The position numbers and the translations under genes were made by a program. A DNA stretch of 64,000 nucleotides from Chiloscyllium plagiosum (Eukaryota): NCBI RefSeq assembly GCF_004010195.1, contig NC_057719.1, positions 6,904,740 to 6,968,739 on the forward strand, given 5' to 3'. Of the stretch, positions 36,345 to 47,139 are shown piece after piece. The notes below the pieces were generated by a model. It did not search any database. It saw nothing but the letters and a program-made list of their open reading frames with translations, and was not told the DNA's origin. The first letter of the stretch is position 1. Each line of letters begins with the position of its first letter.

Positions 36345-37919
36345 ACAATGATAGGATGAGGTCATCATCAGAGATGTAAATGCCCTAATTCTGGCGAATC
36401 GTTATGCAAATGATTTCCTGACATAATGATTTCCTCCAAGACAATGGAGAAATTGATAGGATTAAATCTCGGCACAATATCGTGGGCCAAAGGACCCGTT
36501 CTGTGCTGTACTTTTCTATGTTCTATAATTGAATGGCATAATTGTGCTCCTATATCTTAATTCATTATCACCCTTTTTCTTGCTTTCTCCCAGTATATTC
36601 ATAGTTCTGGTCATTCTAAATTATTGAACATAGGCTCCTTTAACTGGATGAATAACTGACCACTGAAAATTATTAAGAAAAATTGAGAGTCAAGTTTTTG
36701 GTGGCTTCGCCATTGAAACTCTGTTTACCTTTTGAAAGGATGCCTTGATGTCAAAGAAATCTTCTCCATGTAACTGATTCAAGCAGTCCAGTCCGCAGTT
36801 TCATCGTGAGGTGACTAGTTATGCCCCTGTTTGTTATCCGTCTGGTACTGTTTATTTTTAAAAAGAAAAGAAAATTTGCACTCTTGACTCACCAGCATGA
36901 TCTTCAGTGGTCTCCCAATGATCTACGAACCTTATTGTTGCATGTACCTGAGTAAGTTTAATACCATTTAATTGAACAGCTTCAGGTTTGTTATCATTGT
37001 TTTTAGAATTGATTTCATGGTTCAATTTAGAATTACCTTCCTGAGTTTTTATTGCTTTATATGATAGAATCACATTTTTAATTTTCAGAGGATTATAAGG
37101 GTAGCTTGGTTTTCAGTGATGGCTACAAATTGCTTTACCAGCACAAAGTATATCTGGAATCATGCCATAAGCCCAGTGCAGAGAATTGTGGGAATAGATG
37201 CAGTGTGGATTTGTTACCTGACTTTTATAAGTTGGTATCTTGTGTGCAAGTATAAAATCTGGGCATCGAGGAATTGATGTGGCACCAGTTGTATATTTTG
37301 CTGCTTCATACTAAATGGTTGTGATGCAAGGAGGTACATCCACATGCTTAATGGGAGGAAAAAAACAGATTTAATAGGAACAACTCACTTTTATATTTAT
37401 GAATAGAGTTTGTAACATAAGTTGCTTGCTTTGCATGATTCTTCCTGGCCATGAGAGAGATTTTGTAGTGATCTATCTATTTGTAACTAGGGACACTATT
37501 CATTACAAGATGACAACACTGAAAGCTTTGGAACCTTTACAGTAAAGACATGCAAGTTCTGGATGTGACAATGTGGCACTCCCTCAACACTGCTGAATGT
37601 TAACTTAGATTATTGTGCTTGCCAGAAATTTGGCTTGTGCCAGTAATACTTTATTGGTAGAGTACAACTAATTGACACATTGACATTTCAGTTTTGGCTG
37701 TTTTTTTAAGGAACTTTAAACAAATTTTATTGTTTAATTTGACAAACTTGTCAACACAATGTCCTGAGCAAATTTCTTCCATAGTGAGGATTCTTTGAAA
37801 ACTCAATAAATAACTAAGTATATCAAATGGTAACAAATATTAATGAAAATTTGTTTTGAAATATGGGTGGAAGCTATTTTGGTCATTTTAAGACCTTTAA
37901 AGCCTAAGTGATTTGGAAT

Positions 37920-38420
37920 AAAAAAAAAAGGCCATTCAGTTTGTTGATTGTGCTTTGCCATCAATTTAGGTTATCACATTTCATCTCCCTCAATCCATAG
38001 CCCTTTGTGTCATTAGTCTCAAAAAATCTCAGTTCTCTTTTGTATATATTTTATGATTGAGCTTCTGCAGCGCGTCACCATAGAATATCGAAAAGATTCA
38101 GCACCTTCAGGTGAGAGAAGAACTCATCTCAATTCAAAATGGCCTACCCCTTATTTTGAGATTATTCTCCTTGGCTAGACTCACTTGATAGCAAAACATC
38201 CTATTTGTATCCACCTAGTCCAGCCTGTAAGACTTGGGTAAGTTTTGATTAGATCACCCCTTATTCTTTGATACTTTCGAGAGTGCAGACCGATTCCTCA
38301 GTCTGTCCCGATGAGACATGCCAGGGATGATTTTGGTAAACCTCCATTGCACTCCCTCTAGTTATATATCCTTCCGTGGATAAGGAGACCAAAAGTACAA
38401 ATATTCCAGGTATCATCTCA
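37920..38420 (-). mobile_element. Old CR1 3' fragment
   Basis: ggccattcag...tcatctcaattcaaaatggcctaccccttattttgaga...ataaggagaccaaaagtac. Confidence 0.6.
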
Positions 38421-38539
38421 CCAAGGCGCACACTATTCAATTTAAGCCTCATACCTTTACTTCCCTACTTGAATCTCCTTTATGGCGAAGGTCAACATGG
38501 CCATTTGCTTCGGCTACTAATTGTCCCAACTGAATACTC

Positions 38540-39640
38540 ACGTTCATTGACTCCTGATCAAGACCTCCAGTTCCCCAGAGTGGGGTGGAGTGGAGAAAGG
38601 GGGTAGAGAGATAAATAGTGTGGGGGTTGGGGGAAATAGCTGTGAAGCTTATAGGTAGGTGCAAAGCTGATAGATGCAGGTGGGGGAGGTGTTAGTGATA
38701 AGTCGGAGGGGAGGGTGGATAGATGGAAAGGAAGATGCAGAGTTGGGGGGTTGTATCTGGGATGAGTTGTGGGGAAGGGAGATTAGGAAACCAGTGGAAT
38801 CGATTCCCTCATTAGGTGCATACCCTCTACCAACCTACCCTCCACACTCACCAATTTTCCTTGCTGTTGCAAGAGGTATAAAGCCCGTGCTCTCCACCAT
38901 TCCCCCCCACCCAACTCAACTCTACTCTCCATCCAAGGCCCCAAAGAATCTTTTCACATCCAGCAGAGATTTTCCTGCACATCCAAATATCTTGTTCTGA
39001 CCTACCACCCTCTGCTCTGATCTATCACCATCGGCTCCACCCTCCGCTCCGATCTATCACCTGTTCCTGATGAAGGGCTTAAGCCTGAAACATAGATTCC
39101 CTCACTCCTTGGATGCTGCCTGATCTGTGCATTTCCAGCGCCACACTTTTCAACCTCATCTACTGTGTCCATTGCTCTCGATGTGGCCTCCTCGACATTG
39201 GGGAGACAGGACACCAACTTGGAGAATGTTCCAGGGAACATCTCTGGGGCACGTGCACCAAACAACCCCACCGTCCTGTGGCTAACCTCTTCAACTCCCT
39301 CTCCCAGTCCGCTAAATCGTGCAAGTCCTCCACTGCCAAATCCAAGCCACTCGATGACTGTAGGAAGAATGCCATGTCTTCCGTGTTGGGACCCTCCAAC
39401 CACATAGCATCAACGTCAACCACCAGTTTTCTGATCTTCCCTTCCCCTACATCATCCCAGATCCAACCCTCCACCTCAGCACCACCGTTTTGAACTGTCC
39501 GACCTGTTCATCTTCCTTCCCACCTATCTGCTCCATCCTCCCTCTGACCTATTACTATCACCTACCACCAGTACCTACCTATTGCCTACCCAGCCACCTT
39601 TACCATCCCACCCCCCATCTGCCCCGCAACTTCCCCAAGT
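38540..39640 (+). mobile_element. Penelope-like (Neptune-type) element remnant with an inverted 5' arm
   Basis: GIY-YIG remnant NLIYCVHCSRCGLLDIGETGHQLGECSREHL. A decayed hammerhead (ctgatgaagggcttaagcctgaaacata) lies at 39065-39097. 38690-38800 is an inverted copy of 39410-39550. Confidence 0.75.
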
Positions 39641-40309
39641 TAGGCTTTCCTCTCTTTCTAGCATCCTTCTACATATTTGATCCGTATATAATCTTTAACT
39701 TTTCTTAGTTGCAGTTGATTCACCTTTCCCAATTTCCTTCATATTCCCTAAAATCTGCTTTCAGAGTCAACCTGTCCATTAGTACAATGATGACTGTGAC
39801 CTTTGGCTGTTCACCAACCTCTAGGAAAATGACTTGCATCTGCTCTGGCACATTCTTGATCCTGACAATGGGGAGGCACCATAATATCTTAGAGAAAGGT
39901 CTACAGCCACAAAAATGCCAGCCAGTTCTACCAGCTATCAGGACAGTTATTCTCCATGCCATCTTTTGTATAGCTGAGCTCCCTACGCTACCACTGACTT
40001 GGCTTCATCTGCATTCCTCACCAGTATCAAAAATGCAAAACTGATTGCCGTGCGAACTTCTGAGATTCCTGTGCTACCTGCCTGGTTCTCTTAAGCTACC
40101 TAGGAGTCGTTCATTGTGTGTCTGCCTGAAGACTCATAACCTGTTCTATGATCACCTCCTGAACATGGTATATTTTTGTTTGCTGTCCTGTGTGCAATAC
40201 AGTGACTCCAGCTGTTACTAGTATTCTGAAGCCTGGACTCAAGCCTGTGAAACCAGTGGGTTTCCTGCACATATTTATATCTGAGATATGTGGTTTGCCC
40301 ATTAAGTTC

Positions 40310-40650
40310 TTTTTCCTGAGATTCTTACACACTTGATGCAACTGCAACACACCAGCTTCTGTGAACAACAACTAAATTTTATTAAACACAGTACCAACTT
40401 TCTGGAGGAGCTTTTAACACACTCACCTTGTGGGGCTTGCGGAGTCCTGTCAAAAGCTCTCCAAGCAAAGGAAACAGTCCTTTTATACAAAATCTTTACA
40501 TCACAGTTAATACCCACGAGACAACCCCTAGCCATCCCCCTCAGTCACATGTGACTCAAGACCCAATGCAGTTACCACATCATCTCCAGACACAATGTAA
40601 TGCAAATCATCCTTTCCTGGTCAAATCTATTGCAAATAGTTTTGTTTGTA
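40310..40650 (-). repeat. Unclassified LTR-like repeat, copy 3
   Basis: Collinear with 32465-32765. On the minus strand a TATA-like gtataaaagg lies upstream of AATAAA. Confidence 0.65.
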
Positions 40651-41268
40651 ACTATAGGGGAGTAGTCAAATCCCACATGTAATGTTCTCACTGATTTCTG
40701 AATAGGCGATGAAAATGTAAGTAGTAGGAGATGACAATATAAATTGCTCTGAATGGCAAGGAAATGGCCATGTAAATGGCCCTGAATAATAGGTGCTAAT
40801 GTAAATTTCTTGCAATCTATCTAAATCAGAGGCATCCCACCCTAGCCATGGGACGTTCAATTTCCCGCAAGTCAGGAGAGCAAATTAACTCTTTAATATC
40901 ACATTCCCTTTATCATTCCATGATAAACACCTCAGTGGCACTGCCACCTTCTTCATAAAATTCTTAATGCCAGTACTTTAGCAAGTTATTGACTCACAAC
41001 ATACAATTATTATAACAAGAATTACTAAGTCTATGCAGTGGATGGAATCTGCAGGATTCTCCCACATGGGGGGAAAGAAAGTGTTCACCAATAAAGTTCT
41101 TAAATCCACAGTCCTTAGTGACCCCTCCATCCTCTCCAAGTTGAGGGGGAACAAGCCAGTTATCAAAAATCTCATTCAGTAAAATCCAAACTGTAAACAA
41201 AATCCAGTCTGTCCTTGCACACCACTCCACAGCAAAATCTTAAATCTTGGATAAGGACAGTTAAATAC

Positions 41269-41591
41269 TTAACAAAACTGACGAGGCTTCCATCCTTGTG
41301 GAGATGCTTCAGATGGAGGATACCAGCGTGTTTGAGCATGAAGTGCAGCAGCTTGCAGCTGCAGCAGCAGGCTGGGTGAATGCACCATTCTTTGCTGCTT
41401 CTTCTCCCGCTCTGCTGTTAAATGTAAAAAGCCAACTGGCTGCTGTGATGTTAGCTTGATCAGTGAACCTTCATATCCTTTAAATGATCGAAAGTCAAGG
41501 TAAACCTTACATGGTTCATAGGAAGGCCATTGACAAAAAACGTACGGACCTCCTCTTCACCGTTGTTAGCTTCTTCACTCTTCATGCTCAT
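41269..41591 (-). pseudogene. RBPMS2: Processed pseudogene (retrocopy) of RBPMS2/RBPMS, an RRM RNA-binding protein; frameshifted and internally deleted
   Basis: The minus strand reads, across 3 frameshifts, [106 protein letters not shown]. No introns are present. The poly-Ala and WY...GWKxRQFC terminus fit RBPMS2 better than RBPMS. Confidence 0.88.
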
Positions 41592-42424
41592 GATTGGGGA
41601 GCTGATTGAATCCAATGAATCAGATGGTGTTCCGAAGGCATGCTTTACCTGTGAATGGAGAAACTCTAGAGATTGTTAGCTGCTGAAAGTATCTTTGTAT
41701 ACCACTTGATGACAAATACCTGCCAACAACAATGAGATTCACTCCCAGGGAGCTTAATAGTGTGTGGGTGTGAACAAGATTAGCCAAAAGTCTATGGGCC
41801 TCCAGAAAGTTGGGGTGCGTGCCTTCTGCAGTAAAAAAAACTTAAAACCTATAGAAAGCCAGTTTATTATAAGCTGTTGCTTGTAATCAATAATTCAGAG
41901 ACTTCATAAGTTGTAAATTAGTCATTCTGCCTCCTTTGTGAAAGTACCTGAAGAGTGAGATCTGGTCAAATGGCAAGACCTGACAAACCATAAATATCAC
42001 ATCTGCTAACACTGTGGGGCATTGCAATGTCCTCCCAATTTTTCCCTCCACTTCTAACATGGATATTGTTTTGAGAGTCTGTTTGAATGGGTGTGTGGGA
42101 GGAGTTTTATAAAGGGATTAGAGTTTTAATTCGGAGAGTTAGATGTTGATGGTTCATAATTGTTTATCTGTGACTTGAATCTATTTATTTGTTAAGTACA
42201 GAATCCTGGTCAATGTCTCTTCTCAACTTGGATCTTAGAGAAAAAAATGGGCAATTCTGTGTACTTTGAATCTTTAATTTTTGCGATGACTGGGGATAAC
42301 AGGGCTTTATTTCCAGTTTACTACCCTGCTGAGGCGTGACAGTTTGAGAAGTGCCATCCTCCAGAATAGGATACTGTCTGCTGTTAATCTGTTGGGTAGT
42401 TTGACTTTGCATTAAGCATTGACC

Positions 42425-42655
42425 TATGGAATTTTAATATTGCAAACTTGAGGCTTGCTGCTGAAGAAAAGTGCACCCACCAAAAAAACAGCACCAAGAC
42501 AACGCTGGAGTACAGTGCAGTTGCTGCAGCCGAGACTGCCACTCCCGTGTGGGCTTGTCCAGCCACAACAGGAGCTGCTCTACCAACAAAGATTGAAGCA
42601 AGACTTCCCAGGTGCAGATCCATGGTCGTGAGACCAATGGATGCCACAACAAACT
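42425..42655 (+). mobile_element. RTE-clade LINE 3' end
   Basis: LRLAAEEK... followed by a frameshifted C2H2-like CCSRDCHSRVGLSSHNRSC, then 3' UTR gcagatccatggtcg..gagaccaatggatgccacaacaa. Confidence 0.65.
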
Positions 42656-45359
42656 TGAGCTGAATTCGGATATGTTATTCATGTAAAAGAGTTACCTGAT
42701 CTCATCAGTATTAAACTCGGGTTGTGCTGAGCGACCAGATGCTTTCTGGACATTTTGCCTACTTGTTGACTTGAGGCCATTATCAGATTGACAAGTTGAT
42801 TCTTTTTAATGCTGTTCTTAATGAAAATTGAACTATTTATTTCCTAGGATAATATGAGCTCTTTGCCCTTTTTGTTTAATAGAGACTTTCATTGTACAAA
42901 TGATTGCATGCATATCCAACAAAAACAAGCTGTGATGTGCAAGAATGTCTTTGCTTCAGAGGTTTCTGTCTGTACAACTGAGATGTGAACATGAGTTGTT
43001 GCAATAAACTGTCACTGAAATAGTTTAGAAGCAATTTAACAATCCTTTCAATCATTATTCACTTGGTTGCTTCTGTAACCCAAGACAAAAATTAAAACTT
43101 GTATTTTTATTGTATCTGATTACAGTGCAGCAGAAATCTTCAAGGTCAAGCTAAATCAAATTACTCAAGTTTTACAATGGTGTTGCTTTCTAAGTCACTT
43201 CAGTAACTTTTTCGCGTGAATTGAATTACTTGCGTTTCTATAGCACAATCCATAATCTCAGGGTGTCTTAAAATATCCTGATTGGAAAGTCTAAAATCAC
43301 CACCATCTTGAGAACAGTTAAGAATGAGAACAATTGCTGACCTTTCAAGTGGTACTCATGAAGATTGCAAGCAACCTGGTTTCGCTCTTCCTTCTGATGG
43401 GAGCAGAGTTTACTCTACGAATTGAATGAAGACTTTTTTCTTTATTTTTAATTTGACCTGCCCAAAATTTATTTCTCAACTACTTCTGCCAAGGATGAAC
43501 GAAATAACATATCAGTGTTTTTCTGCCTATCCTATGTAGTGGTGCCTACATTTGAAGGTGTCTGAAGGATATGAAAGGCATTATCTGAATGTAGTATAGG
43601 AGGATCTTGTGCACTGGTAATGTCACCACCTCGGGTCAGAAGGTCCACGATCAATTCCCACCCGCTCCAGAGGTGTTATGTCTGAACAGGTTGTTTAAAA
43701 ATATCTTTGTTTATTCTTTTAACATCGTGATCTCCCAGTACTGAAGGAGTTAATTTAATGACTAAATTGATCCAGGATATGATGCAACTTGTGCCCTGTT
43801 GTAAAAAGAATTTATTTTCCATACTGAAATATAGCAACCCTGTGGGATAGTGCACACATTGTTGTATTTGTGCATCTATTCTTAATAGCCCCATACTTAA
43901 TTCAGCTTTGTGTCAAAAGTTAATAGTGAATTAATTGAAAGAACAGACTTTTCAGTTTATTTCTCTTTGCAATTAATGACAGCTTTGCAACAGTTGTTCC
44001 CAGAGTTATTTTATTTATTCTACTTTCCCCATTGTAAACTGGGCAGGGTTTATTTGTGTTGTAATTTTGACCTGAAATGAAACTGACATCACAGTAGGTA
44101 TTATTAAAATCTAACTCTGATAGAGAGATTTGGCAGGAAAGCAAGGATTTCATCAATCTCTTGTAGGATGAGCCTGCTTGTTAAACAGGTTACTGGGGAA
44201 AGACGTGTTATTGTGAAACAGGTTTGTTGCCAACACCCTGTAGCAAAATGGTGGTGAAATCCAGTTGGTTGACTCAGTGGCAGCTGGGAAGAATTTGTTT
44301 TATATCTGTTTTCTATTTACATTACTTTCCCATACCTTCATTGCTGTTTAAATTTGAAAGAATGAGAAAAATTGATCAGAAGCAGCATGAATTGAGCAGG
44401 TTAGCGCTTAAGAAAATTCCAGAGAATAACCGCTTAACTTTGTCAGGTAGCAAAGCCCTCGTGCAAGTCACAGCTAAATGAAGCACTTAGCAAAGCCCCC
44501 CCCCCCCCACTTTGCAGTGAGGGCTTGGCTTCTCTTGTTTAAAGTTTACTTTTCTGAACCCAAGAGGGATCAGTGGTGGTGGTGAATAATTTATCACCAC
44601 CATGAATGGGCTCATTAGGTGCCTTTTCAGAATTTAAATGAGTCTTGTGGTAGTCATTATGCACGCCTTCTGTTCGGTTGAAATGACCATTTGGCAGTAT
44701 CCTTGTTTGTAACAGGGGCAGCCTGCCTCCTTTTATTCGAGGATTTGCTGTTGTGTTTTGCTAAGATTGTTTGAAATATACAGTTAAAACTATTCTTGCT
44801 CGGCAGCTCTGTTTACCTAAACAGCGTCAAGAGCACTGGCATTGTAAGTTGTAAAGATTTTGTAAGATTTCTTTCAGAAATGAATTCAGCACTTTTTCAT
44901 TTAGTTTTCTCCAGTATTAGAGGGGATGGGGAGGGAGAATAATCACTGGAGTTATTTGTAGGTTACTTTCTAACAAATGATCACTTTTGATCAAAGTTGC
45001 AGGATTAACTATTTGAGGAATTTGACCAGTTAACTTGCCAGGTAAACTGTTTAATGAAATCATTTTTGGGGCACTGAGATTGAGGGCAGTTATTTTGACT
45101 ATAAATAGTAAAAAATGATATGTTAAACTACATGTGTAGGTAGCATGCAAATCTGTATAATAAAAAACTTACAATTTCAAATCTTTAATCTTCAATTTTA
45201 TTAATTGCTGAAACACAGTATGATTTAAACAAGGTATGTATGGAGAAAATGTGGAATTTGTTGTGTCTGCATGATGTTACAAAGCAATTTATTCTTCAAA
45301 AGATTAATTCATTGTCTTTAGTCACTGCCGTAATAAATGCAGCAGTGTACAAACCAATC

Positions 45360-45840
45360 ACAGAGTCACATGTATAGCACAGAAGCAGACCCTTCGGTCC
45401 AACTCGTCCATGTTGACCAGATATCCTAAATTAATCTAGACCCATTTGCCAGATTTGGTTCATATCCCTCCAAACACTTCCTATTCAAACGCACATGCAG
45501 CTGCATTTTAAATGTTGTAATTGTACCAGTCTCCCCTACTTTCTCTGGCAGCTCATTCCATATATGCACCACCCTTTGCATGAAACATTTGCCCCTTAGA
45601 TGCCTTTTAAACCTTCCCTTCTCACCCTAAACCTATGCTTTCAAGTCCTGAGCTCCCCTAACCCAGGGAAAAGGCCTTGTTTATTTACCATGTCCATGCC
45701 CCTCAAATTTTATAAACTTTTATGAGGTCCACCTCTGACCCTCCAGGGGAAACAGCACCAGCCTATTCAGTCCCTCTCTATAGCTCAAACCCTCCAACCC
45801 TGGCAATATCCTTGTAAATCCTTTCTGAACCCTTTCTAGT
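45360..45840 (-). mobile_element. CR1/HER1 3' fragment
   Basis: agagtcacatgtatagcacagaagcagacccttcggtccaac...ccctggcaatatccttgtaaatc. Confidence 0.85.
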
Positions 45841-46689
45841 TGGTCTGGTTAATTTGCATTTAGGATCTTTTTGAGATTTGAATTGGCTAGATGTCCAATG
45901 AGAGTGTGTGTTCTTTGAAATAATATCACATTATCATAATTATAAACTGGTTTTCTTGGTTTAAGTTGGGTTTTGACTGCAGAGAACATACAGCTCCTTT
46001 CTTGGAAGACCTAATCACTTCTTTGTATCTTGTTCCAAGCCCCATGCTGTTCAGTTACTTGTGAGCAAATAGAACTTACCTGCTGCAGTTTGTCTGCAAT
46101 TTAATCTTCAGTTACTGTTTGTCCATGCAGCTGTTTAAATGATGCTTGCCATGACTCAGATTACTTTCAAAACAAGCAACAGTTCTTTAAAACACTGTTT
46201 TAGAACAGTCGATTCTCATTTCAGTCTACAGTTTTAAAAGGCACAAAAAAAACCTTTCAGTTCTATTAGTTTTTTAGTATTTGAGGTCCAAGCAAATGAA
46301 AGAATTCGATACATGGGCCATTCAGTGACTAGTGTAGATAATGCAGTACACCGCTGAATCTTGGCGATGAAAAGTTCTGCTTTGTGCTGAGTTGAGCCAG
46401 TTTTACACAAAATACCAGTCTTGCATAACAAGTGTGTCGGATGTCTTGATTCCCCCAGGTGACCTTGTTTTTAAAGTGTATCTTGATTCATGGTGAAATT
46501 TGATTTGATTGTGAAGTTCTTCAGTTCTCTGACCTGTTCCCCTCGGTTAGACTAGCATGGTAAAAGTGGAGAATAGGCAATTGGATGGGAATATCAAGGG
46601 GAGCTGCTAGACCTATAGAGACGAGCAACAGTCTGACACTGCTTAATGTTCCAAATTATGATGCTTCGTATACCTGGTGCTCTGCTATA

Positions 46690-46860
46690 TCTGAATGGAC
46701 TCACAAACTCATAACATTTGCCTATACTTGTGTTTTGGTTTTTGCCGTTGTTTACCTATTATTTACTTAACTGTGCTATTTAACTCTGTGATCTGCCTGT
46801 ATTGCTCACAAGACAGTTTTTCACTGTGCCTCGGTACGTGACAATAAATTCAATTCAATA
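46690..46860 (+). mobile_element. Rex1/Babar 3' UTR fragment
   Basis: tgaatggactcacaaactc...ctgcctgtattgctcacaagac...acaataaattcaattca, matching 33520-33690. Confidence 0.75.
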
Positions 46861-47139
46861 TCTGTAAGTCTCCAAGTTATGCCTACGATAGTTGGTTACT
46901 TTTGCATGCAGTAATCCACATGAAGAGCTTATGAAAGGGATTACTATGATGTGAAATGACTCTTCTCAGTGAGTAGAGATAAATATGTTTGAGAGTTATA
47001 GATATGTGTTACATATAATGATATTTGCCTTTTAGTTTTTGTCACCAATTTTTATTCTGTCCTTGTGCAGACATGTCCTTTCATAGGTCCCATGTCCACT
47101 TCCAATTATAGTAGAGTTGAATTTGTTCTGATATGAGGG

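Larger units (their letters stand above)
35845..36440 (-). repeat. Unclassified LTR-like repeat, copy 2, interrupted by a fold-back element
   Basis: cactccctgacagtcacatgccactcta is shared with 32700-32730. Octamer atgcaaat near 36404-36411. Confidence 0.55.

Noticed and set aside
36078..36368. Recurrent 'CCWKSAAGQAASREQENRRFGH' peptides (also at 12.0, 21.4 and 30.7 kb) as a gene family
   Set aside because: These are translations of a palindromic non-coding repeat; the same peptide appears on both strands.
40978..41230. Hydrophobic ORF (LVILVIIIVCC) as a retroviral env remnant
   Set aside because: No env motifs. It lies immediately downstream of the RBPMS2 retrocopy stop codon and is better explained as 3' UTR.
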